This document shows positions 19,286 through 28,572 of a stretch of 64,000 nt of DNA, piece by piece (the stretch's first letter is position 1; every line of letters starts with the position of its first letter). The DNA comes from Alphaproteobacteria bacterium (GTDB lineage: Bacteria > Pseudomonadota > Alphaproteobacteria > SP197). The stretch is from assembly GCA_965228895.1 (NCBI GenBank), contig OZ245842.1, positions 3,604,814 to 3,668,813 on the forward strand, in the 5' to 3' direction. A program made the translations under genes and the position numbers. Under the pieces are notes generated by a model. The model saw only the letters and a program-made list of their open reading frames with translations. It ran no database searches and was not told where the DNA came from.

Positions 19286-20025
19286 ACACGAACCTGCCGG
19301 TCGCGGTGATCACCGGCGTCGGCGACGCAACCGGTTCAGCGCTCGCCCGCCGTTTCGCCGCCGGCGGCTACCGGGTCGCGATGATCGCCCGCAACGCCGA
19401 ACGGTTGGAAAAGCTGGAGGACGAGATCGAGGGCGCCGTCGCGTTCCCTTGCGACATCGGCGATCTCGACGGACTTGCCGAGACGCTCGCGGAGATCCGC
19501 GACACCATGGGCAAACCGGTGGCGCTGGTCCACAACGCCGTCTCCCACACCTTTGCCACCTTCCTGGATGCCGATCCCGCCGAGCTGGAACAGAACTTCC
19601 GCGTCAACACGACCGCCCTGCTCCATCTGGCGCGCGACTTCGCGCCGGACATGATCGAAGCCGGGCGCGGCGCGATCATGGTCACCGGCAACACCGCGTC
19701 GCATCGCGGCGTGCCGAACTACGCGCTCTTCGCGCCGACCAAGGCGGCCCAGCGCATCCTGGCGGAGTCGCTCGCCCGTGACCTCGGGCCCAAGGGCATC
19801 CACGTCGGCTACATCACGATCGACGCGGCGATCGATGTCACCTGGCTCGATCCCGAAAAAGACAACGCCACCTGGCTCGCACCGCCGGACGATTGGCCGT
19901 GGCCGCGCGAGGACTACTTCGCCAAGCCCGACGCGATCGCCGAGGAGGTCTTCCACATGGCGCATCAGGACCCGTCGACCTGGGCGTTCGATCTCGTCAT
20001 CCGGCCGTTCGCCGAGAAATGGTGA
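19282..20025 (+). CDS. SDR-family oxidoreductase
   Basis: VAVITGVGDATGSALARRFAAGGYRV (TGxxxGxG) and NAVS...YALFAPTKAA (YxxxK). GGAGG SD. The start overlaps the upstream stop. Confidence 0.85.
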   Translation: MNTNLPVAVITGVGDATGSALARRFAAGGYRVAMIARNAERLEKLEDEIEGAVAFPCDIGDLDGLAETLAEIRDTMGKPVALVHNAVSHTFATFLDADPAELEQNFRVNTTALLHLARDFAPDMIEAGRGAIMVTGNTASHRGVPNYALFAPTKAAQRILAESLARDLGPKGIHVGYITIDAAIDVTWLDPEKDNATWLAPPDDWPWPREDYFAKPDAIAEEVFHMAHQDPSTWAFDLVIRPFAEKW

Positions 20026-20047
20026 CGGCCCGGCCAAGGAGAGACCC

Positions 20048-20794
20048 ATGCTGCAACCGTCACTCACCCCCCTGCTGGTCGCGATCCAGCTCGGTTTCCT
20101 GTTTGTCCTGGCGCGGCGCTCCGGCGGCACGGACGGCGACAAAGGCGCGACGCCCGCGATCTATGTCTACCTCGTGTGGCTTTTCGCCTACGCGGTCGCG
20201 ACAAGCTATATGGGCGCGCGCGGTCTCTACATCGACCCCGATGTGCTCGCCTCAATGGCGGGCCTGTGGCTGCAGCTCATCACCGTCGCCGTGGCGGTCG
20301 TTCCGGTGGTCATCTTCGCAGGCGTGCGCGACCGACTTCGGCGCATGGTTGATATGACGCCGCTGCATTGGTTCGCCTGGTTCAACGCGCTGCGGATCAG
20401 CGCGCTGGGCACCGCCTACAAAACCTCAATCGGCGAATTTCCGTTGTATTTCGAGGTGTTGGTCGGCATACCCGATCTCCTGTTCGGGCTCTCGGCGCTG
20501 TGGATTGCCTGGCGCGCCAAACGCGGCCTGATCAGCCTACGCGGCTTCATGATCTGGAACCTGATCGGCGCCCTTGTCATCGTGCCTTCGGCACCCATCT
20601 TAATCCAGCTTGGCCTGCCCGGACCGCTTCAGGTGTTCAGCGGTCTGCCCGATGCGCGCGCCATCATGACCTATCCGATGTCGATCGCGCCAATGTTCGG
20701 CGTGCCGCTGTTCGTCCTGATCAACCTCCTGGTCGCCTGGCGTTTATGGGAACGCCTGCGCGCCACAACCGCCGAATCAAACGCACTGTCTTGA
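20048..20794 (+). CDS. Integral membrane protein of unknown function (about 7 hydrophobic segments)
   Basis: Hydrophobic 248-aa ORF 22 nt after the SDR gene, with a GGAGAG SD. No family recognised. Confidence 0.6.
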   Translation: MLQPSLTPLLVAIQLGFLFVLARRSGGTDGDKGATPAIYVYLVWLFAYAVATSYMGARGLYIDPDVLASMAGLWLQLITVAVAVVPVVIFAGVRDRLRRMVDMTPLHWFAWFNALRISALGTAYKTSIGEFPLYFEVLVGIPDLLFGLSALWIAWRAKRGLISLRGFMIWNLIGALVIVPSAPILIQLGLPGPLQVFSGLPDARAIMTYPMSIAPMFGVPLFVLINLLVAWRLWERLRATTAESNALS

Positions 20795-20846
20795 CCATCC
20801 GCAGCCGCCGCCTGACACGCGGTCAACAGCAAGAAAGGAACCCGTC

Positions 20847-21929
20847 ATGAGCGACGCAAGCACACTGGCCGTCGACAACACCGCCGCCGAAGCCTTCTCC
20901 GAACGGCTCGGCGACATCCTGAACAGCAGCGCCATCGCGCTGATGTTGTCGATCGGCCATCGCACCGGTTTGTTCGACGTCATGAAGGACCTGCCGCCCG
21001 GTACGTCCGACGAGATCGCAGCAGCAGCCGAGCTGGACGAGCGTTATGTCCGCGAGTGGCTGGCCGCCATGGTGACCGGCGGCGTCGTCCATTATGACGG
21101 CGCGGCCAAGACCTACTGGCTGCCGGATGAGCACACGGCATCACTCACCCGTGGCGCGGAACTCGGCAATCTCGCTGTCTATGCCCAGTTGATACCGATG
21201 GCCGGCGCAGTCCAGGAGCGGCTGCTCGACCGCTTTCAGAACGGCGGCGGCCTCAGCTATCGCGACTATCCGTGCTTCCACACCATCATGGCCGAAGACA
21301 GCGGCCAAACTGTCGTCGATCAGCTGTTCGAGACTGTCTTGCCCCTGGCGCCGGAACTGCCGGCCAAGCTCGAACACGGCATCGACGTGCTCGACGCCGG
21401 CTGTGGGTCCGGACGGGCGCTGGTGGCGATGGCCGGGCGTTATCCCAAGAGTCGCTTCACAGGCTACGATTTGGAAGCCGACGCCATCGACAAGGCCATA
21501 GCGGCGGCCAACGAAGCCGGTCTGACCAACATCCGTTTCGAAACCCGCGACCTCACCGGCTTCGACGAGTTCGAGCGCTACGATCTCGTCACGTCGTTCG
21601 ACGCCATCCACGATCAGATGAATCCGCAGGGTGTCCTGCAACGGCTTTGGATCGCGCTTCGTCCCGGCGGCCTGCACCTGATGCAGGATGTCGGCGGTTC
21701 CGCCGAGCTCGACAACAACCGCGACTTCCCGCTCGCGGCCTTCCTTTACACCGTCTCCTGCGTCCACTGCATGCCGGTCTCGCTCGGCCAGGGCGGCGCG
21801 GGCCTCGGCACCATGTGGGGCTGGGAAACGGCCGAAGCGATGCTGCGCCACGCCGGCTTCACTTCGGTCGAGCGTACGGTCCTCGAACACGACCCCATGA
21901 ACGTCTGGTTCGTGTCACGCAAGGCGTGA
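20847..21929 (+). CDS. Class I SAM-dependent methyltransferase with N-terminal winged-helix-like domain
   Basis: VLDAGCGSGRALVAMAGRY (motif I), YDLVTSFDAIHD and LRPGGLHLM. Confidence 0.85.
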   Translation: MSDASTLAVDNTAAEAFSERLGDILNSSAIALMLSIGHRTGLFDVMKDLPPGTSDEIAAAAELDERYVREWLAAMVTGGVVHYDGAAKTYWLPDEHTASLTRGAELGNLAVYAQLIPMAGAVQERLLDRFQNGGGLSYRDYPCFHTIMAEDSGQTVVDQLFETVLPLAPELPAKLEHGIDVLDAGCGSGRALVAMAGRYPKSRFTGYDLEADAIDKAIAAANEAGLTNIRFETRDLTGFDEFERYDLVTSFDAIHDQMNPQGVLQRLWIALRPGGLHLMQDVGGSAELDNNRDFPLAAFLYTVSCVHCMPVSLGQGGAGLGTMWGWETAEAMLRHAGFTSVERTVLEHDPMNVWFVSRKA

Positions 21930-21983
21930 TCGTGGCACAAAAGGACGCGTGCCATACACCGACCAGGCGCGCGTCCTTTTCTC

Positions 21984-22430
21984 TTAGAGCACGTCGTCCA
22001 GCAAACCGAACATCGACGCCCACTCGTTCTTGGTGAAGTCGACATACTTCGCCCAATAGGGGTGCAGGTCGTGAGTCAAGACCAGACGCGTACCGCCGTT
22101 CTCGGGCGTCATTTCCGCCGTCAGGATGTCGGGCGCATCCGGTTCTTCGGCCGTCCAGAAACGGAAGACAAGGCGGTGCGGCCGGTCGATTTCCAGGAAC
22201 GTGCCCTGATGCTCGACCGGCTTGCCGCCGCGCTGGTCGACGAAGACGAAGGCCCCGCCGACGCGCGCATCGATCTCGACGCGGCTGATTTCGCTGCCCG
22301 GCGAGGTGAAGAGCCAGCGGCGCGCGACGTCGGGATCAAGCCATGCGTCGAACACCTGCTCCGGTGCTGCGTCGAAATGGCGTTCGACGGTAACCCGCAC
22401 GATCTCGTCATTTGTCATCGCCTCTTCCAT
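21984..22430 (-). CDS. SRPBCC (AHSA1/START-like) family protein
   Basis: FDAAPEQVFDAWLDPDVARRWL...GGAFVFV...F is the typical Aha1-domain pattern. TGATG overlap with the upstream gene. Confidence 0.8.
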   Translation of the reverse strand: MEEAMTNDEIVRVTVERHFDAAPEQVFDAWLDPDVARRWLFTSPGSEISRVEIDARVGGAFVFVDQRGGKPVEHQGTFLEIDRPHRLVFRFWTAEEPDAPDILTAEMTPENGGTRLVLTHDLHPYWAKYVDFTKNEWASMFGLLDDVL

Positions 22431-22951
22431 CAGTTCCCCTCCGTGCGCAGATAACCCGCAAGCTGATCCAGACCCTTGGCCCAGTGCGCGGCGTAACCGG
22501 TTTCATCGGCAGCGCTGGCAGCCTCAGCGGTCTTGAAGCGGGTCTCCACGGTCAGCCTTGTACGATCACCTTCCTCAGCAAACGTCACGATCACCTGGGC
22601 GCCAGGCGGCATCCCCGCGCCACCGGCGTTGCGGCCATCGGGCGTGCCGTCATAGACGATCCGCTCGGGCCGGATGATCTCGCGGAAGGTGGCGCTGCAG
22701 CGATAGTCGACGCCATCCGGCGAGCGCACGACATGATGAAAGGCGCCACCGACGCGCAGATCGATCGTCGTCTCACCGACCGACCATCCAGCCGGAAACC
22801 ACCATCCGGCCAGGTGTGCCGTCTCGGTCCAGGCGCGCCAGACAAGATCGCGCGGCGCATCGAGCAGTCTGGTGACAACGACCTCTCGTCGGTCCGCTGA
22901 TGCGACATCGCCGGGCACATGATCACTCGAAGGCACCGTCACAAACCTCAC
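22430..22951 (-). CDS. SRPBCC (AHSA1/START-like) family protein
   Basis: VVTRLLDAPRDLVWRAWTETAHLAGWW...VGGAFHHV...F.EI. The GTG start immediately follows the DUF899 stop; the true start may be further downstream. Confidence 0.75.
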   Translation of the reverse strand: MRFVTVPSSDHVPGDVASADRREVVVTRLLDAPRDLVWRAWTETAHLAGWWFPAGWSVGETTIDLRVGGAFHHVVRSPDGVDYRCSATFREIIRPERIVYDGTPDGRNAGGAGMPPGAQVIVTFAEEGDRTRLTVETRFKTAEAASAADETGYAAHWAKGLDQLAGYLRTEGN

Positions 22952-23686
22952 TCAAGCGCCGCAGCAGGCGTTCCCGGCCGCCGGCGCGTCGTCGTATTCG
23001 TCCTTCAGCCGGACCCAGCTCATGCTGCCCTCTTCGTTTCGGCCCTTCGGCGCGTAATCCAGGAAGTTGAACGGCGTGAAGAGGTTTTCGGTACCGCGTG
23101 TGAAGCCACCATAGGTATGAAAGACGTCGCCGCACGCGTCCTTGGCGAAGATGTTGATCGCCGGCAGGTCCGCCGCGACGTACGGCGTCGTGCCGTAGTT
23201 GTAGCCGCCTTCGCCGGCGGCGATCTGTTCCGGTGTGAACGACGAACCGTAGTCGTAGTTGAAGCTGTTGCGCCCCGACGACACCCATCGGAACATCCAG
23301 CCCATGCGCTGCCTGACCCGCTCGATCTCGTCGATCGAGGCGCGCGACACCGCCACATAGGAAAGATCGGCATGCTCAAAATGCCGGCGCGCCGCATCCA
23401 CATGATCGGACATGCCCGAACATCCCGGGCAGACATGGTCGGAGCCCGGCGCCAGCATGAAGTGCTGGACAAAGAGCTGGCTACGGCCGTCGAACAGATC
23501 GCTAAGCGTTTTCTCGCCGTCCGTACCGTCGAAGACATAGGGTGTCTCGACCTTGACCCAGGGCAAGGCGCGGCGCTCTTCATTGACGGCATCGCGCAGA
23601 TGGGTGACCTCGCGCTCCTTGGCCAAGAGCGCCTTGCGCGCCAGGAGCCATTCGTCGCGGGAGACGATCGTGGGTTCGATTCTCAT
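22952..23686 (-). CDS. DUF899-family thioredoxin-fold protein
   Basis: IVSRDEWLLARKALLAKEREVTHLRDAVNEERRALPWVKV...YVFDG..G...LSDLF.GRSQL...HFM...CPGCS. Start at MRIEPT (23686) with an ATGA overlap to the ArsR gene. Confidence 0.85.
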   Translation of the reverse strand: MRIEPTIVSRDEWLLARKALLAKEREVTHLRDAVNEERRALPWVKVETPYVFDGTDGEKTLSDLFDGRSQLFVQHFMLAPGSDHVCPGCSGMSDHVDAARRHFEHADLSYVAVSRASIDEIERVRQRMGWMFRWVSSGRNSFNYDYGSSFTPEQIAAGEGGYNYGTTPYVAADLPAINIFAKDACGDVFHTYGGFTRGTENLFTPFNFLDYAPKGRNEEGSMSWVRLKDEYDDAPAAGNACCGA

Positions 23687-24027
23687 CGTTTCTTCTCCTT
23701 GGCTTTGAGTTCGACCAGGTAGGCCTCCAGGCGATCGAGGCGGCCTTCCCAGATCGCGCGCTGTTCGGCGATCCACGCTTCGGCGGCGGTCAGGCTCTTC
23801 GGCGTCATCTGACACGTGCGAACACGCCCTGTCTTTTTGGATTCGATCAGGCCGCTGTCCTCCAGCACCTTCAGGTGCTGCAGAAAGGACGGTAGCGCCA
23901 TTTCGAACGGCTGGGCGAGATCGCTGACCGAGGCCGGACCACGGCTCAATTGGGTGAGCACGGCGCGCCGGGTCGGATCGGCGAGCGCGTGAAAGACGTC
24001 ATCGAGGACTTCAATTTGGTTAGGCAT
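23683..24027 (-). CDS. ArsR/SmtB-family transcriptional regulator
   Basis: VFHALADPTRRAVLTQLSRGPASVSDLAQPFEMALPSFLQHLKVLEDSGLI is an ArsR-type wHTH. Confidence 0.9.
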   Translation of the reverse strand: MPNQIEVLDDVFHALADPTRRAVLTQLSRGPASVSDLAQPFEMALPSFLQHLKVLEDSGLIESKKTGRVRTCQMTPKSLTAAEAWIAEQRAIWEGRLDRLEAYLVELKAKEKKR

Positions 24028-24078
24028 ATGCCTAACTTATTGTCGTCGCCATCAGGGCGCAAGAAAAAAGTTTGGCAG

Positions 24079-25026
24079 TTACCTAACTTTTCCGGAAACG
24101 CCGCTCGCCGACCCGGGCGCTGCCACGCCGGGCATGGCAGCGATGGCGTTGCTGACGTGCTCGACGAAGAGCCTCAGCCGTTTTGTCTGACGCCGTGCCG
24201 GCAGATAGGCGGCGTTGATGGTCAGCGACGGCGCACGCCAGCGTGGCAGAACGTCGACCAGTCTGTCGGCAGCCAGATCGTCGGCAACGAACCAGCGCGG
24301 CATGACCGCGTAGCCGATGCCAAGGCAAGCCGCCTTGTGGGCGACAAAGATGTTGTTGGTGGTCAACGCGACCTGAGCCCTCACCGTCTGGCGCCGGCCG
24401 TTCTTGGACTCAAGGGGAATGGCGCCGCCCTCGAACGGCTCCAGGGCAGCGCACGGCAGGTCGGCAACGTCGCCAGGCTGCTTCATGCGATGTCCTTTGA
24501 GAAGTTTCGGCGCGGCGACGACAAGCCGCTCGACCGACCCGAGCTGACGGACAACAAGACTGTCATCGGGCACCCGTCCGACCTTGATCCAGAGATCGCA
24601 CCCTATCTCGGCAAAGCGGATCGGCGCGTCGTCAAGCAACCATGTGATGGTCACCGAAGGATGAGCGGCCTGGAAGCGCATGGCCGCCTCGGCCAGGTCA
24701 CGCTGACCCAGGGCGACCGGCGCGACGATCTTCAGCTTGCCGTGAACATCGGTCGTTTCGCCCGCATGGCGTTCGGCCAGCGATTCCCAACTATCCAGCA
24801 GGGCCCGCGCCTCGCCCAGGCAATCGTTGCCGGCTTCGGTCAGGCTCAACGCGTGGGTCGTGCGCTGGATCAACTGGACACCCAGGCGCCCTTCCAGGTC
24901 AGCCAGTTGGCGGCTCGCACTCGCCTGCGACATGCCGAGATCGCGCGCCGCAGCACTGATCGAGCCGCGTTCGGCAATACGCGCGAACGTGGCCAGCAAG
25001 GTCAGGCGATCAGCAGATCGTGTCAT
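24079..25026 (-). CDS. LysR-family transcriptional regulator
   Basis: LATFARIAERGSISAAARDLGMSQASASRQLADLEGRLGVQLIQRTT plus a LysR substrate-binding domain. Confidence 0.9.
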   Translation of the reverse strand: MTRSADRLTLLATFARIAERGSISAAARDLGMSQASASRQLADLEGRLGVQLIQRTTHALSLTEAGNDCLGEARALLDSWESLAERHAGETTDVHGKLKIVAPVALGQRDLAEAAMRFQAAHPSVTITWLLDDAPIRFAEIGCDLWIKVGRVPDDSLVVRQLGSVERLVVAAPKLLKGHRMKQPGDVADLPCAALEPFEGGAIPLESKNGRRQTVRAQVALTTNNIFVAHKAACLGIGYAVMPRWFVADDLAADRLVDVLPRWRAPSLTINAAYLPARRQTKRLRLFVEHVSNAIAAMPGVAAPGSASGVSGKVR

Positions 25027-25039
25027 ACGTTATACGTAT
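25025..25039. promoter_or_regulatory. LysR-type T-N11-A box candidate
   Basis: ATACGT-TAT-ACGTAT inverted repeat in the divergent LysR/AKR region, overlapping the LysR start codon. Confidence 0.35.
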
Positions 25040-25136
25040 AACAACTATCACTATCGACCGTCTACCGTATCATTGTGCATCGATCCATCTTGTCTCTCAT
25101 CGGCGGCAAAGGCCGCACCAACCAACGGAGAGAGAC

Positions 25137-25931
25137 ATGACCAAGACAGCCCACACGTTCCCCTTGGGTGGCGAGACCGACGTCAACCGCTTGGGCTACG
25201 GCGCAATGCGCCTGACCGGCCAGCCGGGCAACTTCGGCCCCTACCCAGACTGGGACCAGGGCGTGGCGCTCGTGCGCCGCGCCGCAGACCTGGGCGTTGA
25301 CTTCTTCGACAGCGCCTGGGCCTATGGCCCCGAATATGCTGACCGGCTGGTCGGTGACGCGCTTGACGGTCTCGATGTCGTGCGCGCCACCAAAGGCGGT
25401 GTCGACAAACCGCAGGCCGGCAACATCGTCACCGACGGTTCGCGCGAGACGCTGCTTCGCCAGATCGATCAAGCGCTGGTCAATCTCAAGACCGACAGGA
25501 TCGATCTCTTCCAACTGCACCGCGTTGATCCGGCAACGCCGATCGAAGTGTCAGTGAGCGCCTTGGCCGAAGCCCAGGCCGATGGGCGGATCCGCCATAT
25601 TGGCTTGTCCAACATCACCCGCGACGATCTTGATCGTGCGCTGTCGGTCGCACCCATCGCAAGCGTGCAGAACCGGTTCAACATGGCCGAGACGGCAGAT
25701 GCCACCCTGGTCGATGCTACCGCTGCCAAGGGCATCGCGTTCATCCCCTATGGCCCGCTTGGCGCCAACCCGATGCGCCAGGGCGCCAAACTCGCGCCGC
25801 GCGAGGCGCTCGCCTGGCTGCTGCGCCGTTCGCCCAACATCATCGTCATCCCCGGGACGACGTCGGTCGAACACCTGGAAGAAAACATGCGCGCCTGGGA
25901 TCTCGTCGACCAGGCCGATGCGGAGGCTTGA
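25137..25931 (+). CDS. Aldo/keto reductase
   Basis: LGYGAMRLTG, FFDSAWAYG, IDLFQLHRVD and IGLSN. ATG at 25137 with a GGAGAGAG SD. Confidence 0.9.
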   Translation: MTKTAHTFPLGGETDVNRLGYGAMRLTGQPGNFGPYPDWDQGVALVRRAADLGVDFFDSAWAYGPEYADRLVGDALDGLDVVRATKGGVDKPQAGNIVTDGSRETLLRQIDQALVNLKTDRIDLFQLHRVDPATPIEVSVSALAEAQADGRIRHIGLSNITRDDLDRALSVAPIASVQNRFNMAETADATLVDATAAKGIAFIPYGPLGANPMRQGAKLAPREALAWLLRRSPNIIVIPGTTSVEHLEENMRAWDLVDQADAEA

Positions 25932-25933
25932 TC

Positions 25934-26200
25934 ATGGCCTTCAACCGGCACAAGCAGGCGTTGCTCACCTGGCTCATCGTCTACCCCATGATCACGGTCT
26001 TGCTGGCAATCCTCGAGCCGGTCGTCGCCGGCCTCGCCCTGCCGCTCAGAACCCTGGTGCTGAGCGTGATCATGGTGCCGGCTCTCGTCTACCTCGCGCT
26101 GCCGGCGGCGTCGGCGCGTCTACATGACTGGCTCACGGCTAGTAGTCACGCGGTGTCTGCCGACACGACACCGCGAACGATCAGGGCTGCGAGGCCGTAG
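25934..26200 (+). CDS. Small membrane protein (2 predicted TM)
   Basis: NRHKQALLTWLIVYPMITVLLAILEP...LVLSVIMVPALVYLALP. GGAGG lies 7 nt before the ATG at 25934. Its 3' end overlaps the convergent gene by about 55 nt. Confidence 0.5.
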   Translation: MAFNRHKQALLTWLIVYPMITVLLAILEPVVAGLALPLRTLVLSVIMVPALVYLALPAASARLHDWLTASSHAVSADTTPRTIRAARP

Positions 26201-28572
26201 AGCACGAGCGCGATGATGACGACCACGGCAAACCCCAGATGCATGGCCAGCAGCATGGCGAGCACGGCGCTCACCACCGACGCGCAGCCGTTGACGCCCC
26301 AGGCCCACGGCACCAGGGCGGCATCGGCCCGCCGCACCAGGGTCAGGCCGAGCGGGAACGGCATGCCCATGAAGAAGGCGAGCGGCGCGATCAGGGTGAG
26401 CGCGATCAGGGCGCGCCCCGCGGTACCGAGCCCGGCGAACGTAGTGAACGCAGTCGGCACGGCGATCAGGTAGAGCAGCGCCACCACGACGACGGCGGCC
26501 ACCGCCACGCTGATCGCCGCCGCTGGTGCTCTTTTGCCAAAGCGTGACGTCATCCTCCCCGCTAACCGCTCGGAGACGCCGGCGCCACAGCTGGCGAAGA
26601 CGAGGAAACCGGCGATCACGATCGCGAGCGCATAGGTCGGATGGCCGAGATAGAGAATGAAGGTCTGGATGAACGCAATCTCGACCAGGAAAAAGGCGAG
26701 CCCAATGGCCGTGAAGTAGAGGCCTGTCGTGCGGACCAACACCCGACGCCCCCGCATCAGGCCGCCGAGCCACAGCGGCAGGAGGATGAGGACCAGGCTG
26801 ATGACAATGGCTTGGACGAGTGTGGCGACCAGGATCAGCTTGCCGAGTTCCAGAAGCGCCGCGCCGCCCGATGTCCTGAGCGCCAAAAGCTCGGGCAGGC
26901 TTTGCCAGATCAGGAAGTCGTGGAAATAGGGCCGATCGTCGCGCGCCGGACGGATGTCGAATTTGTAGCGCGCGATGACGTCGTCCCGCTCGGGCCCGGC
27001 GAGCGCCATGGCGGTATCGTGGAACACCGGCTCGGCCAGCACGTTGAAACGGTTGGCCGCCTCGCGCGCCATTCCAGCGTGATAGACAAGATCGAAGGAA
27101 CGGGCCTGGGCGAACGCCGCCGCAGCCGCGATATCGGCAGGCGTCGCGGGGTCGCGCCCGATAAGCAGCGTGGTCGTCGCCAGACCACGAATGACGATTA
27201 CGTGTTCCCCGGCACGGCCCAAACCTGCGTGCTCAAGCACCGTGAGTGCTGTCAGCATCAGCTTGGGCGTCGCGCGCGGCGGCAGGGTGAAAGGCTGGGT
27301 GATGCTGATCCAGCCGCCGGGTTTCAGTTGGCGCAGCATGGACCTGACCGCTTCGACCGTCAGCAGATAGGTCTCGCTCAGCCCGTGAAGCCCGGCGCTC
27401 GATCCGCCACCGCCGTCGACGACAATCACGTCCCACATGGCCTGCGTCGCCGCCAAAAAGCTGCGGGGATTGGCGACATGCACCGCCACGTCCTCACGGC
27501 CATAGAGCCCTCCGCTGAAGCCGGCATAACGTTCGGCAACGATGGCGGTAATGTCCGCATTGGGTTCGACAGCATCGACATGCCGGGCATCGTGGGCGAG
27601 CGCCTGGGCCACCGACCGGCCGCCGCCGGCGCCAAGCACCAGAACGTCGGGCCGCGCAACGAGGTCGTAGACCAGCGCGCCGGTGGTAAAACGAAGGTAG
27701 CTTGCCGGGTCGTCTCCATCACCGGCATCGAGCATCCTCGCAGCGTCGGCATCGGTGAAGAGGGCGATCTGCTCCGGCGGCGGCGCAGGTGCATTGAGGC
27801 TCAAACCCGGCGCGCTGCGAAACGGTACGTCGGGGCTCTCGACCACCGAGACAAGGCCCAGGGGCCCGAAGCGCTCCTCGACAAGTCTAGTACCCGCGAC
27901 GTTCAGCGTCATCGCCAGGCTCTTCTGTTCGGCGATGACCAGCGCCGTCCACGATGGCGGCGCGACAAGCCATATTAACGCGACCGCGACAGTCACCGTG
28001 CCCGTCCACAAAAGGCGGCGACTGCTGCTCAGAGCCGCGAGCACACCGGCGATCAGGCCGAGCGCGGAGACGGCCACGAGATTGCCGACCGGTGGCAGCA
28101 TGGTCAGCAGGCCGACGATACCGAGCGCGCCGGCTGCCGACCCCAGGAGGTTCCAGAAATAGATCCGGCCGACCGGTTGATCACGCCACAGAAACGCGAC
28201 ACCGATACAGGTCGCGCCGGCGGTAAACGGCACGGCCAGGATCAGATAGATCGCGCCCAGACCCAATATTTCGGCCGGCTGCCAGACCAGTTCGAGCGCG
28301 TTGAAGGGGACGCGCTGCGCCAGAAAGAACGCGACCGGACTGGTGACGGCGAACAGCAGTGCGCCGCCCGTTGACACAGCGTCCAAACGCGCCTCGACCC
28401 TGCGCCGCATGAGCGCGAGCGCGGCGGCGCTGACGCCGAAACCCAGGAGCGCGATGCTGATCGCCATGAAAGCGAAGTGATGCCACTGGACGATGGCGAA
28501 GAGCCGTGTCAGCAACACCTGATACGACAGGATCGCGGCGGAAATGGTCGCCAACGCGACGAAACGGTTCAT
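26146..28572 (-). CDS. Polytopic membrane protein with central spermidine-synthase-like AdoMet-fold domain (TM module / SpeE-like / TM module)
   Basis: 808 aa. N-terminal ~7 hydrophobic segments (SYQVLLTRLFAIV...). The central domain contains VLVLGAGGGRSVAQALAHDARHVDAVEPNADI...WDVIVVD...LKPGGWISI. A second hydrophobic module follows (GLYFTAIGLAFFLVEIAFIQTFILYLG...). Confidence 0.8.
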   Translation of the reverse strand: MNRFVALATISAAILSYQVLLTRLFAIVQWHHFAFMAISIALLGFGVSAAALALMRRRVEARLDAVSTGGALLFAVTSPVAFFLAQRVPFNALELVWQPAEILGLGAIYLILAVPFTAGATCIGVAFLWRDQPVGRIYFWNLLGSAAGALGIVGLLTMLPPVGNLVAVSALGLIAGVLAALSSSRRLLWTGTVTVAVALIWLVAPPSWTALVIAEQKSLAMTLNVAGTRLVEERFGPLGLVSVVESPDVPFRSAPGLSLNAPAPPPEQIALFTDADAARMLDAGDGDDPASYLRFTTGALVYDLVARPDVLVLGAGGGRSVAQALAHDARHVDAVEPNADITAIVAERYAGFSGGLYGREDVAVHVANPRSFLAATQAMWDVIVVDGGGGSSAGLHGLSETYLLTVEAVRSMLRQLKPGGWISITQPFTLPPRATPKLMLTALTVLEHAGLGRAGEHVIVIRGLATTTLLIGRDPATPADIAAAAAFAQARSFDLVYHAGMAREAANRFNVLAEPVFHDTAMALAGPERDDVIARYKFDIRPARDDRPYFHDFLIWQSLPELLALRTSGGAALLELGKLILVATLVQAIVISLVLILLPLWLGGLMRGRRVLVRTTGLYFTAIGLAFFLVEIAFIQTFILYLGHPTYALAIVIAGFLVFASCGAGVSERLAGRMTSRFGKRAPAAAISVAVAAVVVVALLYLIAVPTAFTTFAGLGTAGRALIALTLIAPLAFFMGMPFPLGLTLVRRADAALVPWAWGVNGCASVVSAVLAMLLAMHLGFAVVVIIALVLYGLAALIVRGVVSADTA

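Noticed and set aside
23672-23682. tRNA-like T-loop string GGGTTCGATTC.
   Set aside because: It lies inside the DUF899 coding region near its start. I could not draw acceptor, D or anticodon arms around it. No other tRNA-like structure was seen in any intergenic region.
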